Assembly (NCBI RefSeq): GCF_964204645.1
Contig: NC_134027.1
Coordinates: 868,001-932,000 of the forward strand
Reading direction: 5' to 3'
Length of the DNA: 64,000 nucleotides
From: Tubulanus polymorphus
Lineage: Eukaryota; Animalia; Nemertea
Shown here: positions 12,001-24,271 of the stretch, piece after piece
Numbering within the stretch: position 1 is the first letter of the stretch
Layout of the letters: each line of letters begins with the position of its first letter
Translations under genes and position numbers: made by a program
Notes under the pieces: model-generated
The model's database searches: none
What the model was told of the DNA's origin: nothing
What the model saw: the letters and a program-made list of their open reading frames with translations, nothing else

Positions 12001-14291
12001 GCGAGGAAATTGTTTGATAAATTTCCCTCATTGTCTTCAATTATATTCCTACTAACCCCAATTCGGATTGAACATGTATTTCAAACCGTTGATAGCGTGC
12101 GGTCTAGAAATGGACCAGAACAAGTTGAACACGATTATTGCTAGAAGTATTGGAAGCAGGAAGATGTTCGCTCTTTCTATTGAAACTGCGCCTTTAACCA
12201 GTAGTAAACCAGACATTACGCAGCACAGGCCCTGGAATAAAATGGGCCATCGACTCTACAAAAATTGAGAAAAAAAATTCAATAGTCATTTATACTAAAT
12301 TGTTATGATGATAATCGGTAAATTGCAGTTACGCGTATATAGGTGATGGTGGGTGTTTAATACCGTCAATACACTAAGCGCCACGTAGTAGGGCGGGTTC
12401 AATTTTTTTTTCCCAATGGGGGATCGAGAGACCGGAGAAGGATTCGCCACCAGGATTCGAAGATGTTTCTTAATCAAACGATCTTGGCTCGACATTGTAA
12501 ATGATACCCTGAGTAGCGCTCAGTGGGTTCCCATATAGAACCTACTCATAACCCTAAGCAAAGTGGAATAACGTTTCTTTTAATTATTACCCTTCCCAGT
12601 TTTATAGTCACGGCTAAGACCTAAGACTAGTCTAAGACCATCTTAGTCCTGTATGCAATCTAACAACTTCATGCTTTTCTTAAGGTCTAAGGTCACTTTT
12701 AGAGTTAAGTCTCGACTATGGGAACGGCTCCAGGCACATATCTGATTCCCGAAGATGACTATATAAGGATATAGTCGAAGCGTTGAAATAGATCATATAC
12801 GCTCAATGAAACATCTCCCGTTCATTTTTACTGTCTGATTATTTCACATCCTTATCACTTCGCTTATCACTCTTACCGCTGTAAAGTCGTTGAATATGAG
12901 TTCACTTTCTGTTAGATTTCCCGGTAAACCATAAGTAATAATGTAACACATGTAATACAAACACCAACCGGTTATAACTGTATAAAAACACCTGAAAAAA
13001 TATGGAAAAAATTACAAACGGATTAAGGACATCTTGTGCTGACAAAAATAGGGTAATTGACTAGCCCGTAATCTCAGACATGGAGAAGATTAAAAGATTG
13101 AATAAAATCCACTTAAGTTAAAAGATTTAAAAACTATATTTATTCATTAAGAATTAAAACAGGATATCTAAAAAAAGACGTGACGTTTCGGGCTCTCTCA
13201 AGAGACGACCGTTAGGTCCTCACAATCGAGGTTTCTAGGTCTGGCATATTCTTGAAAAAATCTTTCCCATTCAGTAATCATCAATCACCGCCAACTGTTA
13301 CAAGAATCTATTGTTCAGGAAACATGTGTTTCTCGTTTTAGAATACAAATAAAGATCTACAATGATGGGTCTTACCATAAGCGGCGTTCGTGGTGTAAAG
13401 GTTAGCATCGTTGCCTTCCAAGCAATGGATCCGGGTTCGATTCCCGGCGAACGCACGAATTTATTTTTCTGGTTTTTATTTTTTTAATCAATTAAACATC
13501 TTTAAACATCTCTCTGAACTGTCTTATCTTTCATCATTACAAATTCGCACATCCCGGAACCACCGAATATATATATATATATATATAGTGAATTTCTACG
13601 AGGTGTCAAGCATTTGCAATTTTTTGTAAAGAAGAAACACTTACGTATGAGCAAATAGGATGAGCTGGATGATGGCAGCAGCCCAGATACTGCGGTTACC
13701 TAGCAACTGTTGAAACGACAGAATGACGGACTTCTTCGTAAAACGGCCCACCGCTAACTCAAACGTTACCATGGGAACGCTCCATAAAAACGTGAATAAT
13801 AACCAAACAATGAGAAAAACGAGAGACCCTGAAAATAATTAGAATTTCTTTTTTTGTGCTGAAATGATATCTACACATCGACACGATAAACGGTGATATA
13901 AGTCGTTTTGTGCAAGTAATAAGAAAATATATTATCATCATTATCATTATCAAGTAAGCTGGTTTGGTCAGACTGTGTGAAATACATCCGCAGTTTTTTT
14001 GCAAATCTCTTTTTGCGGAAATCAAAAAAAAATCTCATATGGTCTCACTGTGTGAAATACATCATCACTTATCGTGTAAATAAAAAAAAGTCGCTTGGTC
14101 TAACTGTGCGAAATACGTCATCACTTTCTGTGCAAATGGATTGGTCTGACTTGAAATTGGTTGTTTTGTGATGTACCTTGTGAATCGCTATTCTTAGCCA
14201 CAACACGCGGAAACCGCCAAATATTCGCAGCACCAATCATCAATCCCAGAGTCGAAATGACCGCCGTAGCACCGGAAGTGAACTGGTTCAT
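9033..14291 (-). CDS. SLC6/NSS (neurotransmitter:sodium symporter) family transporter, prokaryote-like subgroup, ~528 aa, 11 coding exons
   Basis: Exons 14291-14177, 13828-13645, 12991-12877, 12255-12057, 11766-11604, 11513-11385, 11030-10891, 10502-10408, 10101-9947, 9774-9645 and 9194-9033 are all phase-compatible. Motifs: TM1 IGAANIWRFP, TM2 VFLIVWLLFTFLWSVPMVTFELAVGR, TM3 CFYTVITGWCLYY, TM6 VWVDACSHNAFDTSAGAGSLLTYA, GPGGTGITFIW, TM8 FFLCLFCAGFSSLIAMME. The start Met is uncertain: an acceptor near 14312 implies an upstream exon. Confidence 0.93.
9284..9320 (+). ncRNA. Minimal type-I hammerhead-ribozyme-like motif of Penelope/retrozyme type (possibly degenerate)
   Basis: CTGAAGA-t-GACT[attaggtcaa]AGTC-GAAA-CGATGTA has the CUGANGA...GAAA core and a helix II. 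Related copies lie at 12749-12785 (+) and 35529-35570 (-). Confidence 0.5.
12749..12785 (+). ncRNA. Degenerate hammerhead-like motif (Penelope-type remnant)
   Basis: attc-CCGAAGA-t-GACTATAT[aagg]ATATAGTC-GAAG-CGTT-gaa: perfect 8-bp helix II with two core substitutions. Confidence 0.4.
13384..13455 (+). tRNA. trnG: tRNA-Gly(TCC), intronic and antisense to the SLC6 gene
   Basis: Sequence identical to the copy at 399-470, followed by cgaatttattttt (Pol III terminator). Lies within the SLC6 intron 12992-13644. Confidence 0.97.
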
Positions 14292-15826
14292 TTTTCCCAA
14301 GCCGTTTCGAGCCTGTAAAAAAACAAATAAAACAAAAATTAAAATCTTTAGAAACGACAACTCGGAACAGCGTCCATGAAATCAATACATAACAAAGTCT
14401 TGTCATTCTATTATTAAAGAAAAGCCCACAATATTGGGGGAAAAAACTAAGAGAGCAGTGACGGTACGACTGTGTCTATGTTTATGTTTCTGAATGCCCT
14501 CGTAGAGGGCGTTGATTTCCACGGATTTTCTGTAACCTTGACCCGTACAAATAGAAGCTTCTAGGGAAACGATTTCACAAACACGTGACCCCGGGCGACA
14601 GTCGATCCGTGTGAAATGATATAAAAATATCAGATACCACACCATCCATTAGACGAGAGATAGCCTAGAGAGTTAAGAAAATCAAAAACCAAATATGAAT
14701 TTCTTTATAGTTATTTTAAGGCAATTTTTTGATGCCAGATTTTGATATGATTGAAGTAGATTATTATTGAAACTAATACACCTCACGACCACAGTTAAAA
14801 CACTTTACCCGCGTGAAACTGTAAACCTACAACATTCAGTTTCGTCTTTTGCTTGAATTATAGTTGAAGAACTTGCCGGAGGCGTTTAGTTATAAACTGA
14901 GTTGAACCAATTTAGAGGGGTGTGGGTAGTTTCAACCTTACCGCGCATAGGAAAAAGCGTCTAATTGTCGTTGCTGCGAAGGAAGTTGGGTGGAACAAAG
15001 TCGATTTAGAATAAAAGCCTCGCTTCTGAGTAACGTACAAATTGATTTATTAGATAATAAAAATTCATACATTGTCGTATTATTATAGTTAATGATAACC
15101 TTTAACCATGGATTTGTTTGTTTTGTTATGTTTTTGTATTTTATTGATGAGTTGAGCAGTAATCTAATCAATATTTTTAAGACCTAAAACGATTTTAAAA
15201 TGTTTGTAAAAATGTAACTTAATACACGCTGCATCGTGTCCTTAATGGATGACTTGTTAGGTGTTCAACAAGTAAATAGTGGCTGGGCGTTTGTTGTAAG
15301 ATCGTTAAGTGCAGTTCTGTCTATGATGCCTTATATGAACTTATGATAAATTTACTTAACAAATTGATAGGCTACAAGCCACTTCCAATCAAGGGTATAA
15401 CGAAAGCCGGGGCTATTTTTTGGTCCGCGCCAAATTAGGCCAGGGACAATACTGACCAAAAAGTCAGACCGACTTATATCGCTTTGTTTAAGCATTGTTT
15501 AGTATCGATTTAGTAGTTTGCGTGTGAGCGCAATCTCTAAAGCGCGGGTCTGATCCAGGCCCCAAAACATCGCCGTATAATAAATAGTCATATACACTCA
15601 TTGATTTATCAAGAAATTTCCGTATTTTGGTGAAATTATTGTGGGATTTCTTACATAGTCAAAATGAACCGACAATCGTGTTATCTACATGTCCACACCG
15701 TGCTGAAATCCTCTTTCTATTGATACGAATCTAATTTTACGGATAAGTCACGTATTTCAATTCCGATTCCAGTGTTATATAAACGACTTTAGAATTATGT
15801 CGCTTTGTAAAACAAGAGATATCAAA

Positions 15827-18577
15827 ATGAAGGCCGCCGTACTAGCTTTCAATCTCGTGCTGGGAATAGCAGCTTTCATCGGAAGCCAAGCGGAGTCGAG
15901 TAAGTTGATACTCTCATCAAATATATTTCATTTAAAAAAAAAATATTTGGCTCTATTTCATGCGCTTGATGAGACTTGATGAAAATTGGGTTTGGTTCAT
16001 GTTGATTCCTAAACTAATCGAATGGAAGAAAACCGGTGTCAATTTCATAGATTGTACAAATTCTGAATGTGATTTCATCACTACAGTTTCAGCTGGTACG
16101 TGCGGAAAAGCCGCTATCAAACATGTAGATGGAAACGATTTGAATGGGTTCCGAGTTGTTGGAGGTACAGAGGCTCAACCCGGCAGCTGGCCATGGATGG
16201 CAGGATTCAGTATAAGAGATCGCAGAAATAAATATGAACACACTTGTGGCGGATCGCTCATTCATCCACAGTGGGTTTTACTCGCGGCGCACTGCTTCAG
16301 GTAAGTAGTAACTGACCCCGCGGCCCGAGCCTTAAGGCTAACAACACGTGGCCTACTCGGACTTTTGACTTCAGACAACGACTTAATCATTTTTTGACTT
16401 CCTGACGTATTTTCCTAACTCAGATTTTCAAGGATCAATTTTTACGGTTCCAAAATTTGTCTTCTAAGTTAGCCGAGGTATGAATATTCGAATCAACTCT
16501 AAATATATTCTAAACGTTTTGGAAGGATTTTATCTTTAATGATGCATCTCTATTTCAGTCATCGCACAGAGCCAGAGTATTATAAATATTACAAGATAAC
16601 ATTGGGAAAGCACGCTATGGACGGCTCCGAACCGACTGAACAGGAATTCGATGTCGATACGATTATCGTTCATGAGAAATATAGGTGGGCTCCGAGAGGT
16701 TATGATATAGCTCTGGTCAAATTGTCCAGACCCGCAGTACTCAACGACCGCGTGTCTACAATTTGTCTTCCGTCGCAGCACGCTAGACCTGGACAGTACT
16801 GTTACGTCACAGGATGGGGACTAACACACGGTAAGAACTACTTTCTTATTTTACAACAAAAAATCTATTGTATCGATCACGTGGCCATGTCGTACGTATT
16901 TCGTTGGTCAAAAAGCTCACTATGCTCGAATACTAATACGAATATTTATTACACTCCAACCATTTCCATGGTATATGGAGGAAAAAACAGTATTTACAAT
17001 TATATACAAAAACAGTAGATAAAAGCACTTTGAAACATAACAAACGTTATTTACAACTTACTATTCACACACACTACCGGAGGGATCTATATACATCCAG
17101 ACCTAATTTGATTAATTTAGCCAGTTAAAAAGTTAGATTTATTGTTCTAACTTGCTACATAGCGCCTCTACCGGTGGTTTAACGAACTATACATCAATCA
17201 CGTGATATTTTTTCTTGTTTATCATTGGTTAATCGTGTTGCGGTGGAGCGCCATCTGCCAACGAAATAAGTTGATTGCGTGATTATCGATTTTGTGATTT
17301 GTGACGGTTATTTTTATCAAACAGCGAGAAGGCTGTTTTATCATTGTCGACGACAGCGCATTGTTTCTAAAAGCGCCCACGATAAACGCCTCGAGTTACA
17401 ACTCACATCAACACTGGATAGATTTATTTTTCGATGTGTTTTCAGTTGTTTTGTCAAAACATTTTAAACGCGAGCCACACAAACAAAATTGTGGCTGAAT
17501 CTATTTCCTGTGACTCCGCAGTTGTTCTGTCCGTCCGTCGCGTAGGGTCAAAATTAGTTAATCGTCATTTCCCATACTCCATACCTATGATATGATATAA
17601 TATGTACTGTTAGGTCCTGTGATCATCAACCCCCGGTTACACAATTCTCCCGTTTCTCCCGAGGATTCCCGTTCTCAACTCCAGTTAGCCTACTCTATCC
17701 AAATTCTAACTCAAAATTGTGGCATCGATTACGGGATCATTGGTTAAATCTAAACCTCAAACTTCACCCTAAAATCGGTCAGTTTCTTAAGCTAAATTTT
17801 ATTGTTGTTATTTGCTACTAGGCACAAGTTCGCACGGAAATCTGAAACAGGCTTATGTTCCGGTGGTCGATAAGGATGTGTGTCGCAGTAAGAGTTATTA
17901 CGGCACCTCAATCCGCACTAAGATGATGATCTGTGCAGGTTACGAAGAGGGAGGACATGATGCGTGTCAGGTAATGTCCCGTACATCAGCTGGATCCAAT
18001 TCTACAGCTTTGGAAATCATAAGAAAAAAACTGATTTTGACATTAATATCAGGATGCTGATTTTAAGAGTTACCTCAGAAACTACGTTTTCAATTATTAT
18101 TGACAGTTGGGTCAAATTTCAACTCGGAACCTGGGTCCATAGTAAGTTAGTTCATAGATTCGCCACCAACGTCATATATAGGGGCAGCACGTAACGGTAA
18201 AGATCTGACGTTGCATAAATTCCTACTGTGGCATACGAGTAATACTAGCATGCCACAGTAGAAATAAGTTAGTTCACAAATTTAACGCCAACGTTGTGTA
18301 TAGGGGCAGCACGCAACGGTCTAAATCTGACGCAGCACAAATTTCTTCTGTGGCACGCTAGTAATCAGTGAGTGTCATAAAATTGATATATGGTTTTTTT
18401 GTTTTGTTTTAAATTCAGAGAGATAGCGGTGGACCCCTGGCATGTGAGGTTAAAGGCCGTTACGAGGTTTACGGTATCGTCTCGTTTGGTACGGGCTGCG
18501 CATTGGCCAAAAAGCCCGGTATCTACACACGAGTTACAACTTATCTTCCGTGGATTAGAAGTAAAATTTGGAAATAA
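15827..18577 (+). CDS. Secreted trypsin-like serine protease (peptidase S1A), ~288 aa, 5 exons
   Basis: Exons 15827-15899 (signal peptide [22 protein letters not shown]), 16087(or 16093)-16300, 16559-16830, 17822-17970 and 18419-18577. Activation site R/VVGG; catalytic triad in AAHC, YDIAL and DSGGP; S1 Asp189 (HDACQ), Gly216 and Gly226. Confidence 0.96.
18144..18362. repeat. Imperfect ~120-bp tandem duplication in the last protease intron
   Basis: taagttagttca...tataggggcagcacg.aacggt..atctgacg..gca.aaatt...ctgtggca occurs twice. Confidence 0.7.
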
Positions 18578-21500
18578 ATAATGAGTCTGTTTCGGATGAA
18601 AACTTATATTTTTGTTATTTTTTCTTTCTCGTCGAGTACAATTAGCGTTTTCTCGCATTTGCTAATTATTTTCTAAACATTGTACCATATTGTAACCACA
18701 TTTCTTCTTAAACAATCTGGATTAATGAACTGCAACTTTAACTTAAGACTGAGTGTTGAGACTGCTATACCCTGCGGTTTTCCATAAACGTTGATTCAAG
18801 ATTCAGACATGTCCCGCTCAAACAACTCATGAGCAGCTTAAACTTTATCACTTCCAAATGATAATCTACTGGAATGGATAGAGTCAAACAAAAGTGATTT
18901 CTACTGAATCAAAATTAGCAAACGGGGATCTCAAATACTGCAGCTTAGTGGCAAAATGAATAACGCGACCGAATCGATCTCGCTTACAGTCCACACTAAA
19001 CACACTTAAGTCCCACCTAGTTTCTCGAGTTTCATAAAACTGTATGAACTGAGTCCATACTAAACTGACATTTACAGAATCATAGATGCAGTTTTTCAAA
19101 CGGGATCTCAAACAATGACTAATCGACTGGTAGATTCTCAAGATTTTCTTGGTTGATAAGTAAAACCCCGATCATGTATAGATTTATTATTCTAACGTTT
19201 CGAGATTTAACTAACGTAATTTATACCATCATCATCAGAGAAATGGAACTAGGATAGTTAGTGAGTTTCGCTTGTCTCCTCAATCGCAAACTTCACATCC
19301 GACAACTGTGGTACTGGATCTATCTGACCTCGATCCAGTCTCGTCGGGTCCAGACCCAACACTGAAGTCCCCAGTTTCACGAAACTATATGAAATCTCAC
19401 CCGCACAACGCCTATAACTGCTTCAAGACCAGTTTGAATCCAGTCTCCTTCAAAAATTGGTTACCAGTCCATGACCAGAGAAAAATAATTTGATATTTGA
19501 TGAGAAAATCATAACTTGCCTTTTGTCGTGTGAAAGATGAACTTTTGATAGAGATAACTGAATTCACAAAAACTTGCCTTTTGCCGCGTCGAAGTCAGAG
19601 CTGTCTTTTCGTTCATGAATCCCTAAAGTCTGCTGAGACTAGTTCCGATCAGCCGCGAGCAACGAACAGTTATAATTCTTCTGAGACAGAGAATCCAGCG
19701 CCGCTATACAGTAAACTAAAATGTCAACGATATTGTCTTACCAACATCACCACCGCGATAAAAACATCCTTAACTCGATATTCTTTCCATACGACATTAT
19801 AATAGGATAGAATACACGGCGGCAGCGTTGAATGAGAATCGCATTACGTTGTCACTACCACCACGTGTAGTCCTCCTACCTGTGTTCCGTGGTATCTGGT
19901 TAAATATATCTACATATATACGTACCACGTTGGGTAGGTTTATGAGGGGGTGCTTGAAATACCGCCCTAAAACGTTACGTTATAGTTTAGATCAGTGATG
20001 GTTTTAATTTCAGAGACATGTCGCCGCCCGTTTTGTATCAATATATTGTATAATGTGCCTGCAGGTTTTTTTCCTATCGCATTGATTGTACGCACACGGC
20101 GCACACCGCGCACCGTCGCGTGAAATGACTCGACTCTTTTCCTGCGGGCAACTCATTCGAGCTTTCATGTTTATTGCTTCTACTTTGTTTCGATTTTCGA
20201 AGTTGTTTATTGAATAATTCGGCAATGATCGATAGAGAATCATCATTTCAGATGACGCTTAACAGTCGGAGTGTGGATTGAGACTTCGCTCTCATCCTCG
20301 CTTCCCAGGGTTTGCCACCTGCCGAAGCTCACCCAAAACCAAATCGTGGCCGCAGACCCTTATCGGTCTATTACACCGCCCAAGATTTCTTGGGCGGGCA
20401 GGTTTGGGAGTCAATCAAACCCTCGCAAGCCCGACGCCCGGTGAAACTCACTCAGACCCTGGTTGCATTCAATACATCGACCACGTTTTATTAGCCTATG
20501 TATCTAGCCAATCTAGCGGATCAATTCGTGACATTTCTAGATGAATTCCGGTCGACTCCGAAGGTAGATGGGGGACCTAACCCGAGGTCACTAGTGTAAG
20601 TTAAAGATTTTGGAAATGCTGATCGTCACTTAGGATCGCCCAAGAGTTGGAGCAATTTGGGATAGGTCAATTCGTACATACGCGAAAAACATCCTACTTT
20701 TCAACCCCCTCCCCTTGTACGCAACAATACTTTTCAACCCCCTCCCCCCACTCCCTGCACAGAAATTCTGAACTTCCAAACAAAAAAAAAACAACAAAGA
20801 CAATTCATTATGCGGTACAGTTTATCAATACTATATTTTTCTTTCCATAAAAAAAACTATTTACATCAGATTTCAATTAATTCCAAAAAACCTTTTTTTT
20901 CATTTGGTTTAATACAACATGTTTGTGATATGTGTTTTATTATTCGTTACAATCCAGAAAAAAATGTTCCCGATTATCTGGATTCGAATTCGGGAATTCC
21001 CCGAACTTCTATTTATAGATCGACAAATCATCATTCAATAGTTAATGCTATATCTATTTTACTAAAGCACACATACATTGACCATGATGCTATAAGTAAC
21101 GTATTTTTGGACGCTTCAATAAATTTGATCATTTTTGCAAATTTGTAAGCGACAATATCATCAAACTTTTAAACTTCATCGACTGATATTTCAATAGATT
21201 GGGGCGCAAAATTACGGATTCATTCTTCTCAGACGCGTCATAAAAACTACAGACCGTGAATCCAGTTCTGCAGTTGCACATGTATTTGAAGTTGTTCAAC
21301 TGTGGCTCACAGACTGACAGAGGTTACTCTTAAAAACTTGTTTCCATAAAACAGGTCAAAGGGGTTCAAGTTAGAACTCGGTCCAGATGTTAACAGTCAA
21401 TAACTGTTAACAATGTTCCACGATAAGTGGTTTTTCCAGTGAATAAATCAATATTGAAATAACATTTTTGCCATTGTTTATAACAGTATGTGATTATTTC

Positions 21501-22041
21501 CAACAAAATACTATCAAATGACAGAATTATTTTTACCTAAATTAAAAGTCGATATAACTTAAGTCGTAAGAGTTGTGACTATCATCATTATGATGTAAAT
21601 GACTTACATAATTCACAACTAACTTAGGTATATTGAATGGAAATACAAATGACTAAAAAAAATTTGACAAAATTCTGTCAAGAGAAAATCTTGCCTATAG
21701 CTAGAATGAAGTTTCAATAGTCCGCGTCCAGTGTTCGAACAGTTTAGAAAATTATTAAATATCTACAAAGTAAGTAAACAATTAAATAAACGAATGAAAG
21801 CAAATAACACTAAACATGAACCCGATGAACGACGGTAGCAGAGAGTGCAGTGACGTTACAACTTACAAAAATACATCTCTTAACAAAAAGCACCAATTAA
21901 ATCTATGTCCACAAATACAGCATTCGACCCTCAGTCACAAAAACTGTTCTTAAAGTACATACAGTTGAGAGAACTGCTTGGAACGAAGCTTCAAATTATT
22001 ACACAAAATCATTACAATATTACAAATGCCAATTCTACAGC

Positions 22042-22956
22042 GATCAGAGGCAAGCCCACAGTCTACTGTAGATCAGAGACAAACCCACAGTCTACTGTAG
22101 ATCAGAGACAAGCCCACAGTCTACTGTAGATCAGAGACAAACCCACAGTCTACTGTAGATCAGAGACAAGCCCACAGTCTACTGTAGATCAGAGACATGC
22201 CCACAGTCTACTGTAGATCAGAGACAAGCCCACAGTCTACTGTAGATCAGAGACAAGCCCACAGTCTACTGTAGATCAGAGGCAAGCCCACAGTCTACTG
22301 TAGATCAGAGGCAAGCCCACAGTCTACTGTAGATCAGAGACAAGCCCACAGTCTACTGTAGATAAGAGACATGCCCACAGTCTACTGTAGATCAGAGACA
22401 AGCCCACAGTCTACTGTAGATCAGAGGCAAGCCCACAGTCTACTGTAGATCAGAGGCAAGCCCACAGTCTACTGTAGATCAGAGGCAAGCCCACAGTCTA
22501 CTGTAGATCAGAGACATGCCCACAGTCTACTGTAGATCAGAGACATGCCCACAGTCCACTGTAGATCAGAGACAAGCCCACAGTCTACTGTAGATCAGAG
22601 ACAAGCATGGGCAGTCCACTGTAGATCAGAGACATGCCCACAGTCTACTGTAGATCAGAGACAAGCCCACAGTCTACTGTAGATCAGAGACAAGTGCACA
22701 GTCTTCTGTAGATCAGAGACAAGTGCACAGTCTACTGTAGATCAGAGACAAGCCCACAGTCTACCGTAGATCAGAGACAAGCCCACAGTCTACTGTAGAT
22801 CAGAGACAAGCCCACAGTCTACTGTAGATCAGAGACAAGTGCACAGTCTTCTGTAGATCAGAGACCGAGATCGTAGATCAGAGACAAGTGCACAGTCTAC
22901 TGTAGATCAGAGACAAGCCCACAGTCTACTGTAGATCAGAGACAAGCATGGGCAGT
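22042..22956. repeat. 29-bp minisatellite, ~31 copies
   Basis: The unit gtagatcagagacaagcccacagtctact is contiguous with no spacers. Confidence 0.97.
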
Positions 22957-23450
22957 CGAATAGCAATTCCACTCAGATATGTACTTTAAGAGCGGTTGAA
23001 CAATCATCTGAAATTCCTACAACCCAAGATTCCTATATAAGACGTCTTATATATATATATATGAGATATATATATATATATGACTGAACATAAAGAAGAT
23101 AAAATCCTGAACCTAACATTAAATAGACATTTATACTAACAACAGTGAAGTAAGTGTAGTAAGCACAAGTCAGATCTACTATAGAGATTCAGTTCTTCCA
23201 CAGCCGCCCACATCAATTCATATTCTAAATCATATTCTAAATTCTTACTGTCTGGACTTAATCATAATTTTACTGAATTGAAATCTTTACTGACTCGTTA
23301 AGAAAGAGATCATCTTTAGTGACTAATCATAATTTTACTGAATTGAAATCTATACTGACTCATTAAGAAAGAAGTCATCATTAACAACTTATACTGAATA
23401 ACAGTTAAAAGTAGCAAAGCACCGAAATAATGATTTCTAGATTTTGTAGA

Positions 23451-23724
23451 CTGCTGGACAGTGCTGCAGACACTAGGACAGTGCAGCAGACACTAGGACA
23501 GCGCTGGACAGTGCTGCAGACACTAGGACAGCGCTGGACAGTGCAGCAGACACTAGGACAGTGCAGCAGACACTAGGACAGCGCTGGACAGTGCTGCAGA
23601 CACTAGGACAGCGCTGGACAGTGCTGCAGACACTAGGACAGTGCAGCAGACACTAGGACAGCGCTGGACAGTGCTGCAGACACTAGGACAGTGCTGGACA
23701 GTGCTGCAGACATTAGGACAGTGC
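23451..23724. repeat. Tandem array of 10-bp subunits (ggacagtgct / gcagacacta) with 20/30-bp higher-order pattern
   Basis: Alternating ggacag(t/c)gc(t/a) and gcagacacta blocks. Confidence 0.92.
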
Positions 23725-24271
23725 CAGAAACTAGAAATCAAACATATCGATTAAGTCTCTCTATCAACTAAATAATGTCGTTTATATCTAACAGATGTTT
23801 TATTCATTGTTTATTACTAAGAATTAATTAATGGATCAATCGTTCAAATATTCTATTATTCATACTTTTTTTTACTAATAATTTACGTCTAATAAAATAC
23901 TTAATAGTAAAGAATACAGAATTATGACTGCTGTAAGTTTGAAATAAATGCTTTTACCCAGATCCAGTTCAGGACTAAGGTCCACAGTTCTGCATCCAGT
24001 TCCTCAGTTCTCCACCCAGATCCACCCAATCATGAGAAACAACTCAACGAAAGTTGAAATTATTTCAATCAGTTCAGCTCTAGGGATCAAATTTAAACTT
24101 TCAACCGTAGAACTGGGGTCTGGTTGGCCGAGTAGCTCAACTCATCAACTTAACATCTATGACATGATAAACTGTTCCACAGTTGACAGTTTAAATCTAA
24201 GACTCAATAAATCACTACAGTGGAACTGGGTTCTGTGTTTAAAAACATTTTTGCCGATTAAAGTAATAAGT

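Noticed and set aside
22042-22956. 29-bp partially palindromic repeats resembling a CRISPR array
   Set aside because: The units are contiguous with no unique spacers, there are no cas genes, and the context is eukaryotic.
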